This document shows positions 48,117 through 56,279 of a stretch of 64,000 nucleotides of DNA, one piece after another. Numbering within the stretch: position 1 is the first letter of the stretch; each line of letters opens with the position of its first letter. The position numbers were made by a program, and so were the translations under genes. Source of the stretch: a virus; the IMG/VR virus record IMGVR_UViG_3300010885_020782, positions 32,001 to 96,000 of that record; one strand, written 5' to 3'. The notes under the pieces are model-generated. The model saw only the letters and a list, made by a program, of their open reading frames with translations, did not search any database and had not been told where the DNA came from.

Positions 48117-48248
48117 TTATTCAAGACCTAACCACATCTCAAAACCTGCGTCTTCAACAACAACGACATCTTCAACTTCAAGAGTGTCGTCTTCGTCTTC
48201 AGCCCAAGGGTCATATTCAAGACCATTGTTATCAATATTTACAGACAT
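48117..48248 (-). CDS. 43-aa highly acidic microprotein (missing from ORF track)
   Basis: MSVNIDNNGLEYDPWAEDEDDTLEVEDVVVVEDAGFEMWLGLE, with own promoter (48277-48305), RBS AAAGGGGA and terminator (48071-48100). Confidence 0.7.
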   Translation of the reverse strand: MSVNIDNNGLEYDPWAEDEDDTLEVEDVVVVEDAGFEMWLGLE

Positions 48249-48384
48249 TGGAATCCCCTTTCAATTTGTTAGGCACAATATAACAGTCTTCAGGCAGTAA
48301 AGCAAGGAAGTTGTTTAGAAGTTGCCCGCAGCGAGGCTTGGACTCACGCATAAAAAGTAAAAAGTCCCACGGGAAAAAACGCTA

Positions 48385-48651
48385 CTAATCTTCGTAGTAG
48401 CGATTTTCGCAGGAACGCGAACCACAGTTGGCATAGCGAACCCCCGCAAGGCGGAAGGGAATGTCCCCGCCACAAATCTCGCATAGGGGAATGCACTTCG
48501 AGCAGAAATCGCCCAAAGACTCTGCGGGCTTACCGCAGTCAGGGCAGGTGTGCGACAACTCCGCACAACGCCCGCATAGGTGCGAACCACGCACCACAGA
48601 AATATCATCAGAAGCGTAGCCACAGTTGGCGCAAGTGTTGGAATCGAACAT
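48385..48651 (-). CDS. multi-CxxC zinc-finger protein
   Basis: Six Cys pairs in 88 aa; own promoter. Confidence 0.65.
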   Translation of the reverse strand: MFDSNTCANCGYASDDISVVRGSHLCGRCAELSHTCPDCGKPAESLGDFCSKCIPLCEICGGDIPFRLAGVRYANCGSRSCENRYYED

Positions 48652-48797
48652 AAAAATACCCCCCGAGAATTAGATGAACAACGCAATAATAACTAACATC
48701 ATCTAAAAAGTCAAGCAAGCAGAAGAAAAGAAAGGCTGTAAGTGGGGGAAGTAACCTACAGCCTAACTCTCGGAGAAGTAGGAAAAAGGGGTTTAGC

Positions 48798-48950
48798 CTA
48801 CTTCTCTCGACTTGCTAAGGTTGCAGAGGCAACCGCAGACAAGCCCAAACTAATAGACCACGCCACACTACCTTGCCAAGACGCCACGAAAGACGCCACG
48901 ATAAACAAGATAGTTCCAACAGCAGTCCAAACTATATTCAAGTTGTTCAT
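48798..48950 (-). CDS. 50-aa two-TM membrane microprotein
   Basis: Manual translation: MNNLNIVWTAVGTILFIVASFVASWQGSVAWSISLGLSAVASATLASREK. Confidence 0.6.
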   Translation of the reverse strand: MNNLNIVWTAVGTILFIVASFVASWQGSVAWSISLGLSAVASATLASREK

Positions 48951-49153
48951 TTGTTTCCCTTCTTTCCTTTAGGACTTGTGCGTCCTTTAGTTCTAGCAGA
49001 GGGGTTTCTTATTTCAGCCCCACCACCTTGAATTGCTTTGCGAGCGCAACGATAGGACACGGCAAGTTCTCTAGCCACATCATCTATCGAAAGACCACCG
49101 CGATACAAAGAACTTGCGCTGGCTTCTAACTTTTTACTTTTTGCTACTCTCAC
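48947..49153 (-). CDS. small helix-turn-helix DNA-binding protein
   Basis: LYRGGLSIDDVARELAVSYRCARKAI plus a basic tail. Confidence 0.75.
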   Translation of the reverse strand: MRVAKSKKLEASASSLYRGGLSIDDVARELAVSYRCARKAIQGGGAEIRNPSARTKGRTSPKGKKGNK

Positions 49154-49635
49154 GCAGACTTGTCCTCTTCATCTTCGTAAGGTCGTTGAACCGCGTTACG
49201 AATTACCGCAGGGTCTAATCCCTTGTCCCTCAGCCATTGAGCAGTCTGTGGGTCTTGTGCGTTGTCTGTAACGTGCCTTCCTTCGTTCCAAGTAAAGAAA
49301 GAAGTTGTTCCTTCAGGTAGAACCCAAAGATGGTATTGGTTAGAGGTATCAACAAGTTGGCTTTCAGGTGGAAAGATTTCTACGGCTTCTCTTTCAGAAC
49401 CTGCAAGTTCGTTCTTGATACGCTGGAAGTGTCGCCAATCTCTAATAGCCTTGCGTTCGTTATGACGAATCGAAAGGTGAAGACCACTGGTTTCTCCAAG
49501 TTCAGGTTCTAAAATTGTCTTGACGACAACATAAAACCTGTTCTTCCAAATTGTTTGATGGGGTTCAAGGTCAATCTTCTTCCCATTTACAGTTGGAGTT
49601 GCTTCCTCGAACTTATCCCAAAGGGGCTTAGTCAT
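49150..49635 (-). CDS. conserved hypothetical protein
   Basis: HLSIR...DWRHFQRIKNELAG.EREAVEIFPPESQLVD..N.YHLW widespread motif. Confidence 0.7.
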   Translation of the reverse strand: MTKPLWDKFEEATPTVNGKKIDLEPHQTIWKNRFYVVVKTILEPELGETSGLHLSIRHNERKAIRDWRHFQRIKNELAGSEREAVEIFPPESQLVDTSNQYHLWVLPEGTTSFFTWNEGRHVTDNAQDPQTAQWLRDKGLDPAVIRNAVQRPYEDEEDKSA

Positions 49636-49802
49636 TATCCGCGCCTCTTCTTGATAACTCGATAGATTCCATAACCAAGCAGAGCAACAATTAGTGCTGG
49701 GGTATAGACAGATACGCCAAAGAAGTTTGACGAAATTTCAATCCACTCGAACTGGCAAGTGAAACTACAGTTAGCGTCAGAAATTACCTGTGTTGTTTCC
49801 AT
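49635..49802 (-). CDS. 55-aa single-TM protein
   Basis: METTQVISDANCSFTCQFEWIEISSNFFGVSVYTPALIVALLGYGIYRVIKKRRG. Motif A overlaps its ATG. Confidence 0.6.
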   Translation of the reverse strand: METTQVISDANCSFTCQFEWIEISSNFFGVSVYTPALIVALLGYGIYRVIKKRRG

Positions 49803-49956
49803 TTTTACTTTTTACTCCTTTCGTCTCGTAGAAGTTTCCGCAACCGATAATTCTCTTTTGTGAGATTTCGGTGGGACATTATTGAGATTACCATTACGGC
49901 GCACGAACTGGCGAGCGCAATAGTAATTCCGATTAGCGTTCCTGTATCTAAATACA

Positions 49957-50205
49957 TTAGTTTCCCTTCTCTAGTTTGATAAACACTTCATCTTTTTTTA
50001 GATGAGGCATAGGTAATGCTTCCATAAAGGCTTTTACTTCCGCTTTTGTTTCCAGTTTGCACCACTTCTCGAACTGTTCATCACTCATAAACGCGAACTT
50101 GAGCAAGAACTCCGCACGATTAGTTGGTATTGGGGTTCTCTCTTTTAGGAGAGATTCTTTATTTTTTTCTAAAGTATTTCTTTTTTTAGTTCTCCAGCCC
50201 GACAT
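49957..50205 (-). CDS. hypothetical protein
   Basis: ORF with RBS AAGGGGGA. Confidence 0.55.
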   Translation of the reverse strand: MSGWRTKKRNTLEKNKESLLKERTPIPTNRAEFLLKFAFMSDEQFEKWCKLETKAEVKAFMEALPMPHLKKDEVFIKLEKGN

Positions 50206-50216
50206 TTTATTCCCCC

Positions 50217-50372
50217 TTATGGATACAACAGGTCTAGGCAGAATTGGTTCATCTGCTCTGTTGGAACTTTACACATTTCAGGTGTTGTGGCGTCTAACGC
50301 CCACGCCATAAGCGCGAGAAAGATAAGCCCAACCGCAATACGGCGTCTTACATACTTTGCTTCTGTTTTCAT
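50217..50372 (-). CDS. 51-aa membrane microprotein
   Basis: MKTEAKYVRRRIAVGLIFLALMAWALDATTPEMCKVPTEQMNQFCLDLLYP; promoter at 50426-50454. Confidence 0.55.
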   Translation of the reverse strand: MKTEAKYVRRRIAVGLIFLALMAWALDATTPEMCKVPTEQMNQFCLDLLYP

Positions 50373-50469
50373 TTCTTGCCCCTTTTCATTTTGTCTTTTT
50401 GTTAGTCCCCTTGACCAACAAGATAAGCATACAACACTTTACCCTTTTAGGCAACTTCCCTGCCTTTTA

Positions 50470-50796
50470 TTATTTTGGCGTGTCGCTCTTTTTCTCACGC
50501 CAAATTACAGGCATAGTTTCTTTTCTTGGCTCTCGCTCGGCACGCTTCTTATTAGAACGCTCTGCCAACCAAATCATAGGCATTGCTATCATAATCAGAG
50601 CCTCTACGAAGCCTTGACCTTCGGAGCGATAAGGCTTAGGTGTTTCCTCAACCACGATAGTAATTGAGCCTTGTGAGCGTTCAGGCTTTTCAGCCTTTAC
50701 CTTGTGAGCCTTTGCCTTTTTCTTAGCACTCTTTTTTACAATACTCTTTACACGCTTGGCAGTTCCTAGAACCGCACTATCAGGTAGTCCATACAT
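50470..50796 (-). CDS. basic hypothetical protein with one TM segment
   Basis: Own promoter and RBS AAAGGGGA. Confidence 0.6.
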   Translation of the reverse strand: MYGLPDSAVLGTAKRVKSIVKKSAKKKAKAHKVKAEKPERSQGSITIVVEETPKPYRSEGQGFVEALIMIAMPMIWLAERSNKKRAEREPRKETMPVIWREKKSDTPK

Positions 50797-50919
50797 CTTG
50801 TTCCCCTTTCGTTGTTGTTAGCCCAAGTATAACACTCTCTCCCCCCGAAAGTCAAACAGGGGGTTCGGGGAGAGAGCGTGTCGTTTAGGGGGCACATAGA
50901 AAGTTTTTACTTTTTACTA

Positions 50920-51060
50920 TCAACCCCAGTTAGTTTGGCACAGTTTCCATATTAGTTCTAAGACATTGTTCTTAGCCTCATAACTCTTTTCTGTTTCCAA
51001 CACTTTCGCATACTCCTCTAGTGCGAATATGATTGTGCCCTTCTCTTTAGTGTCTAGCAT
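50920..51060 (-). CDS. 46-aa hypothetical protein
   Basis: MLDTKEKGTIIFALEEYAKVLETEKSYEAKNNVLELIWKLCQTNWG, with RBS AAGGGAGA. Confidence 0.55.
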   Translation of the reverse strand: MLDTKEKGTIIFALEEYAKVLETEKSYEAKNNVLELIWKLCQTNWG

Positions 51061-51185
51061 TGTTCTCCCTTTTCTTTTTAGTGTTTAGCATTTACCGCAG
51101 ACCAAACCATTATAGTAATTGTCTTGGTCAATCCTCATTGACTTACCGCACTTCCAGCAAGCGACATAAATCATCACCTTCCGCA

Positions 51186-51551
51186 TTAGCGTAGCCCTCT
51201 CACCAAAGTAATCACATTGACCGCTTTGTAAGTAAAGAGTTCATAAGAGCCTTCGCAATCGCACTTGGCTTTTATTTCATCACCTTTGTAGTCATACATA
51301 CAATCGCAGTTGTCGTGGCGATAGTAAACATAAATAGTTCCTTCGCAATCCTCTATCTTGTAGATAGTTCCGCTAATCGCATAGTTGTTTTGATTATCTA
51401 CAACATCACGAATAAAAACATCAAGAGCAGAAAAACCTTCTCCACCTTGATACATAACATCGTCAATCATCAAAGTAGTTTCATCATCATTGTAGATAGA
51501 ACCCTTGTATGAAAGAGTTTCATTTACATCGTAAAGAGTTTCTGTTTCCAT
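51186..51551 (-). CDS. acidic hypothetical protein
   Basis: RBS AAGGGGGA and clean ORF. Confidence 0.65.
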   Translation of the reverse strand: METETLYDVNETLSYKGSIYNDDETTLMIDDVMYQGGEGFSALDVFIRDVVDNQNNYAISGTIYKIEDCEGTIYVYYRHDNCDCMYDYKGDEIKAKCDCEGSYELFTYKAVNVITLVRGLR

Positions 51552-51637
51552 TTTAGTTTCCCCCTTAGAAAACTTGTTGTTAGATGAAGTTTACCCTACT
51601 TGCCATTTTTTAGCAAGTAGGGCAACCTCGGCGTGTC

Positions 51638-51898
51638 TTAGGCTTCGTAGGCTAGTGCGTAGCCTCTGTCGTAAACCTTTGCGTTTTTCTTATCAAGAGC
51701 AAACCAGCGAGCCTCTTGTGTGCTTCCAAGAACAACAACCTTGCTTTGGCGTTGTGGCTTTTCTGCCATTCCCCAAACCATTGTTACCTTGTTACCCTCT
51801 AGGGTAATTTCGTAAATCTTTTTCTTACCTGACTGACCGCGACTTCCGTCGCTTTGCTTGACCAAGACCCACTTGGTCGTTGTTAGTGTTGTGGACAC
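51638..51898 (-). CDS. WGR-domain-like protein
   Basis: KIYEITLEGNKVTMVWG...Q.K......EA......K..K...GY matches the WGR fold pattern. Confidence 0.65.
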   Translation of the reverse strand: MSTTLTTTKWVLVKQSDGSRGQSGKKKIYEITLEGNKVTMVWGMAEKPQRQSKVVVLGSTQEARWFALDKKNAKVYDRGYALAYEA

Positions 51899-52303
51899 TT
51901 GTTTCCCCTTTTTCTTTTTGTAGTTGTGTCGTTGTTTTATTTAGTTGTTATTTAGTTGTTGGTGTAAGTATAAAACTTTTTTCTTGATAAGTCAAGTTAT
52001 TAGTTTTACCTAGTGGCGGGGTTTCGCCTAGTTCCTCACTTTTCTACCCTGTTTAGTTGTTGTAGGAGTATTGTAGCGTTTTGGATACCATAACGCAACT
52101 TATACTCGGCGTGTCGTGGTGTGAGTTACATCACACGATTACAACCTGTGGATAACTTTTGGAAGTTGAGGCGAGGCGGGCACCGGAGCGTGTAAAAAGT
52201 AAAAACTCTCCCCTGAGTCCCCACTTCGCAACAACCTACCCGCGAGCGCAATAAAAAAATCCCCCACCTCTCGGCAGGGGACTTTTAGGGAAGTTATCTG
52301 TAT

Positions 52304-52777
52304 CTACTTGGCACTTTCCTTTATGAAAGTTAGTAGGCAGTCGTCGCAACGAATTAGTAATTGACCCTCTGAACCAATAGTTTGTCCGCAGTCGGTGCAG
52401 TCAATTTCATAGTAAGGCGCGAATCGGAATCTTGCTCCACCCATAGGCTCATCGTGCGATGAACGCTCCGCAGTCAATTCATTACCCTCTAGTGTGAAAG
52501 TAATTGTGAAGTCGCCATTCAAGGTTACGGCGCGATGAAGATTATCGTAATCAACCTCTGCCGACCCGCTTGTCTTTCTCCATCCCATTCCTTTTCCGAA
52601 TGAGATTACTTTAGAGAAGTCTTTGCCGACTCTCTTAGTCCATTCTTTCTTTAGATAATCTAAGTTATCTAGAGAGTCTTGGTAACAACCGAAGCATTCT
52701 TCGGAAGGACTTTCATCCTCATTAGTGCAATTGCAGTTACTTTCGAGAGTAACTACTTGTGTTTCAAGTGTGTCCAC
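52304..52777 (-). CDS. hypothetical protein with Cys pairs
   Basis: Own promoter, RBS and terminator. Confidence 0.65.
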   Translation of the reverse strand: MDTLETQVVTLESNCNCTNEDESPSEECFGCYQDSLDNLDYLKKEWTKRVGKDFSKVISFGKGMGWRKTSGSAEVDYDNLHRAVTLNGDFTITFTLEGNELTAERSSHDEPMGGARFRFAPYYEIDCTDCGQTIGSEGQLLIRCDDCLLTFIKESAK

Positions 52778-52962
52778 TTGTCCCCCTTTCTTAGGTAACC
52801 GAAGTATAACAACCTATCACGAAGAAAGTCAAGTCAAGACACGAAAGTTATTGTGAAGTGCAGGACCGGCGAGGGCCCGGACTGAACAAAACTTTTTACT
52901 TTTTACTTTCATAGGGAGATGCAAAAGCCCCCGCATCTCTGCGAGGGCTTCCGCGTCAACCT

Positions 52963-53103
52963 TTAGAGATACTTCATCGGGTCGGCATCTTCAAAGATAT
53001 CTTCGATATCAGTGAAAGACCAAGTCTCCCAATTTATCTCTTTCATATTGAACTTGATACGGCAGTCTTGGCAGGTATCAAGGTCGCAATTAGAGTGTTG
53101 CAT
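52963..53103 (-). CDS. 46-aa Cys/acidic microprotein
   Basis: MQHSNCDLDTCQDCRIKFNMKEINWETWSFTDIEDIFEDADPMKYL; own promoter and terminator. Confidence 0.65.
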   Translation of the reverse strand: MQHSNCDLDTCQDCRIKFNMKEINWETWSFTDIEDIFEDADPMKYL

Positions 53104-53296
53104 ACTTCCCCCTTTCTCTAATGTAGCCTAAGTATAATAGTCGGCTAGAGATAAGTCAAGGGCAGACACGAAAGTTATTATGAAGTCGAATGCACTTGGT
53201 TGCTGTTGCTGAAGAAAGTTTTTACTTTTTACTGTTACCGCAAAAAAAAAGAAAGAGAGCGCGGGGGGAACCGCGCCCTCTCCTTGTGGGGGAAGA

Positions 53297-53671
53297 TTAG
53301 TTGTAGAGCGAACCTAGTAGGTAGGCTGTCGGAATAATATGCTTGTCGTATGCAAGCCAGTGAGCCACTTGCTCATCTGTTAGTCCGAGTGTTTCCCCTT
53401 CATCGTCCGCACCGCCAGTAATGATTACATTACCGAGGATAGGATTACTTGCCTTGAACGCTTCATAGTAGATAGCCGAAGCAACCATATTGAGAGGCAG
53501 ACCCTCTGCAATACCATTCTCGTTGCACCACATATCCGCACCTTCAAGACCAACACATTCGATATATCCACCAACGGCATCGCTTAGTGTCTTATATGAG
53601 TTTTTGAACTCGAACTCGACCACGGACTTTTTGCCATCTGTGTCTATAACTATTGCTTTTTGTTTTTGCAT
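53297..53671 (-). CDS. DUF3846-like protein
   Basis: LSDAVGGYIECV...MWCNENG...LPLN..A...ILGNVIITG. Confidence 0.75.
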   Translation of the reverse strand: MQKQKAIVIDTDGKKSVVEFEFKNSYKTLSDAVGGYIECVGLEGADMWCNENGIAEGLPLNMVASAIYYEAFKASNPILGNVIITGGADDEGETLGLTDEQVAHWLAYDKHIIPTAYLLGSLYN

Positions 53672-53708
53672 ATACTCCCTTTCTCTTTGTTGGTGTAAGT
53701 ATAACTAA

Positions 53709-53936
53709 CTATTTATTGCAAGTCAAGTCGGGACACTCCGCACACTCGCAACACTTTGCACCTTGTGGGATTAGTTGGTGAGTCGCGGGTTCGCTGTCCC
53801 CTTTATGGCAACCAACGCAATACTTTTCCGCGCAACCTAAACACACGGGATAATCAAAACGATAATCAAAACCTTCATCGTCAAAGTTTTCATTACAACG
53901 CTCGCAATAAGTTCTCTCGTCTTCCACCTCACTCAC
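53709..53936 (-). CDS. zinc-finger microprotein
   Basis: CERC, CLGC, CVGC and CCECAEC. Confidence 0.55.
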   Translation of the reverse strand: MSEVEDERTYCERCNENFDDEGFDYRFDYPVCLGCAEKYCVGCHKGDSEPATHQLIPQGAKCCECAECPDLTCNK

Positions 53937-54147
53937 CCCCTTCCGAGAAGTGGCAAGAGCAAAGGCAACAAGTTGCCTTCGCAAAGTCGAAGCCGAATAT
54001 ATCGGCAAGGTATTGTGGAGAAGAAAGGCAGAGGCTGTGCTCCGCAATAGAGCAAGCATTAGTTGAAAGGCGTGAGGCAGGGACGAAGCCCTTGTATGTA
54101 TAAGTTTTGTTTGTTGTTGGGTTTTTTAGGTTTTGTGTTTGGGTCAT
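53929..54147 (-). CDS. Cys-containing hypothetical protein, probably leaderless
   Basis: ATG lies about 7 nt after the -10 box at 54154-54159. Confidence 0.55.
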   Translation of the reverse strand: MTQTQNLKNPTTNKTYTYKGFVPASRLSTNACSIAEHSLCLSSPQYLADIFGFDFAKATCCLCSCHFSEGGE

Positions 54148-54391
54148 AGTTGAATAATAAACCATCAACCGCAATAAGTCAAGTATCTAATAAACCGAAA
54201 GTGTGTTCTACATCACATAAAAAGTTCTCGAAAACATTAACATTTATTTTGCTAAGGGTTTTAGCCAATAGGCGTGAGAAAGTTGTTTGGAAGTCCAGCA
54301 CCGCTAGGGGACAGCCCCGCATAGTTTTTACTTTTTACTTTCCTATTGCAAAAGAAAAACCCCGTATTTCTACGGGGCTTCTCTCTAAGGC

Positions 54392-54580
54392 TTATATTGC
54401 CTCTGCCATAAGGCAACGCATTTCTTCTTCCGCAACATCTATTGCGTATTCAAAGTTCTCCGCGTTTGCGACATAACCTGCACGATAGGAATACTCCCCA
54501 CCGAACACGCCACGCCAAAGTTCAAGATGGTTCTCTACGCGATAGAGCCTGTATTCGCCTTGCTTCTTGATAGCACGCAT
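54392..54580 (-). CDS. cassette hypothetical protein
   Basis: Own promoter, RBS AAAGGGGGA and terminator (54349-54380). Confidence 0.65.
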   Translation of the reverse strand: MRAIKKQGEYRLYRVENHLELWRGVFGGEYSYRAGYVANAENFEYAIDVAEEEMRCLMAEAI

Positions 54581-54762
54581 TGTGTTCCCCCTTTCTGTTG
54601 CCCTAAGTATAACCCTAGAAAGGTTCATAAGTCAAGTCAAGACACGAAAGTTATTGTGAAGTCCAGCACCGCTAGGGGTAAGTCCGCGTATAAGTTTTTA
54701 CTTTTTACTGTTTCACCGCAAAAGAAAAAACCCCACCCGAAGGTGGGGCTTCTCCTAATTGT

Positions 54763-54945
54763 TTATCTGTAACCCGCAGCGTGGAGAGCCTTGAAAATAT
54801 TGTTCACTCTTTCAACATTTATTTTCTCGTGCTCGTTCTCTTGCTTGTAGTTCATCATTTCAAACTCTTGAAGAACGCAATCAAGTTGTGCTATTTGGCG
54901 TGCGTCAAAAGTTACTGTAATGGTAGTGCCTGTTGCTATACCCAT
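54763..54945 (-). CDS. cassette hypothetical protein
   Basis: Own promoter, RBS and terminator (54720-54752). Confidence 0.6.
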   Translation of the reverse strand: MGIATGTTITVTFDARQIAQLDCVLQEFEMMNYKQENEHEKINVERVNNIFKALHAAGYR

Positions 54946-55010
54946 TTGGTATCCCCCTTTCCCTGTAAGGCAATAATAACACTAGGTGCAACCCTAAGTC
55001 AAGTCCATTT

Positions 55011-55340
55011 TTATTCCGTGTCGTCCTCGAAATCCTCGCCATCAAGGTCGAAGAAGCCCTGTCCTATGAGAGTTTCAAAACCCTTGTTCGGGTCTGTTGG
55101 GTGAGAGTTCACCGCGTCAATAAACCTAAGACCGCAAGAACCCTCGAACCACTCTTTTAGAAGTTCTAACATCTGTTCGGGTGTTGCTTCCGCATTAGTA
55201 ATAAGTGGGTCATAACCATAACCGCGCATTACCTCTACCTGCTCATCGTCCATTAGCAAGTAAATCTTGTGGCAAGTATCGAACGCAATAGCCTTTGCGT
55301 CCTGCACTCTTTCTTCTACCAAACTGTAATCAACACTCAT
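55011..55340 (-). CDS. acidic hypothetical protein
   Basis: AIAFDTCHKIYLLMD motif; coupled to the upstream ORF. Confidence 0.65.
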   Translation of the reverse strand: MSVDYSLVEERVQDAKAIAFDTCHKIYLLMDDEQVEVMRGYGYDPLITNAEATPEQMLELLKEWFEGSCGLRFIDAVNSHPTDPNKGFETLIGQGFFDLDGEDFEDDTE

Positions 55341-55561
55341 TTCTTTTCCTTTCCAAACTCACAACGGCATTTGGTGTAATACTCACCGCAACTCTTGTGG
55401 CAAGCAAATTCATCTACAAGTCCCGACAACATCATTTCTTCAAAGTCCGAGAATTGTCCGACAATACCTTTCGGCACATATTCCTCTACAACATCTTCCT
55501 CGTCATAGATTTCTTGCTCCCGCATAATCCAAGCGTCTAACGCTCTTTTATCAAGGCTCAT
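55337..55561 (-). CDS. hypothetical protein with C-terminal Cys cluster
   Basis: Clean ORF. Confidence 0.55.
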   Translation of the reverse strand: MSLDKRALDAWIMREQEIYDEEDVVEEYVPKGIVGQFSDFEEMMLSGLVDEFACHKSCGEYYTKCRCEFGKEKK

Positions 55562-55659
55562 TTTTTCTCCCCTTCTTCTTTTTCTAGTAGCCCCATAAGT
55601 TCCATTTCTTCAAAGTAATCTAATGCTTCATTAGGTTCATCTATAAAGAAAAGCATTAC

Positions 55660-55767
55660 TTACGCCTCGCAATCGTGTCCATAAGCCCACTCGTTAGCAT
55701 CGTTGCTATCTAGTAGGTCAAACACTCTTGAACACTCTACGCATTTTGCTTTAGTTGAAATCTTCAT
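55660..55767 (-). CDS. 35-aa CxxC/HxC microprotein
   Basis: MKISTKAKCVECSRVFDLLDSNDANEWAYGHDCEA; own promoter and RBS. Confidence 0.6.
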   Translation of the reverse strand: MKISTKAKCVECSRVFDLLDSNDANEWAYGHDCEA

Positions 55768-55827
55768 TTCATTTCCCCTTTTCATTTGGTCTTGCTAAGG
55801 CAAGTATAAGACCTGCCATAGCAAAAG

Positions 55828-56064
55828 TCAAGTATTCTTTTTATTCTTTTTTGACTCTTGAAACTTTTCTTCGCAAGAGTAGTTGTAGCAAACATTGTCC
55901 TTGTCGGTGTTATACATAGAAAGTTTCTTTTCGCAGATAACGCAGAAGCGAGTGTTTTTATTTATTTGCGTTGGTGTTCTACCCGGCCCCGCAATACCGC
56001 GACCCGCGTAATGAGTTGGGCGAATATAAACTCTGCCAAACTCGTCAAACTCTACTGAATCCAT
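55828..56064 (-). CDS. hypothetical zinc-finger protein
   Basis: CVICEKKLS.YN...C..YSC. Confidence 0.55.
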   Translation of the reverse strand: MDSVEFDEFGRVYIRPTHYAGRGIAGPGRTPTQINKNTRFCVICEKKLSMYNTDKDNVCYNYSCEEKFQESKKNKKNT

Positions 56065-56279
56065 TTCTTCCCCTTTTCTTTATTAGGTTCAGTAGGGGAG
56101 TCGTATTGTTTCCGCCCCTTGCAAGTTATAGGCGTTCAGGTGACCAGCGACTTTCCCCCTACTGAATACCCTAAGTATAACCAAAAGGGGAAGAAAGTCA
56201 AGTCCTCTAGGCACGACACGCCAAAGTTATTTGGAAGTTGCCCTCGCAGCGAACGCCGGCGAGCGCAAGTTTTTACTTT

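Larger units (their letters stand above)
43387..56238. repeat. dispersed motif B, AAGTTR-N5-AAGT (11-bp-period direct repeat), 9 intergenic copies
   Basis: 43387 and 44507 (as ACTTC...AACTT), and 47994, 48308, 52845, 53172, 54280, 54648, 56224. Confidence 0.85.
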
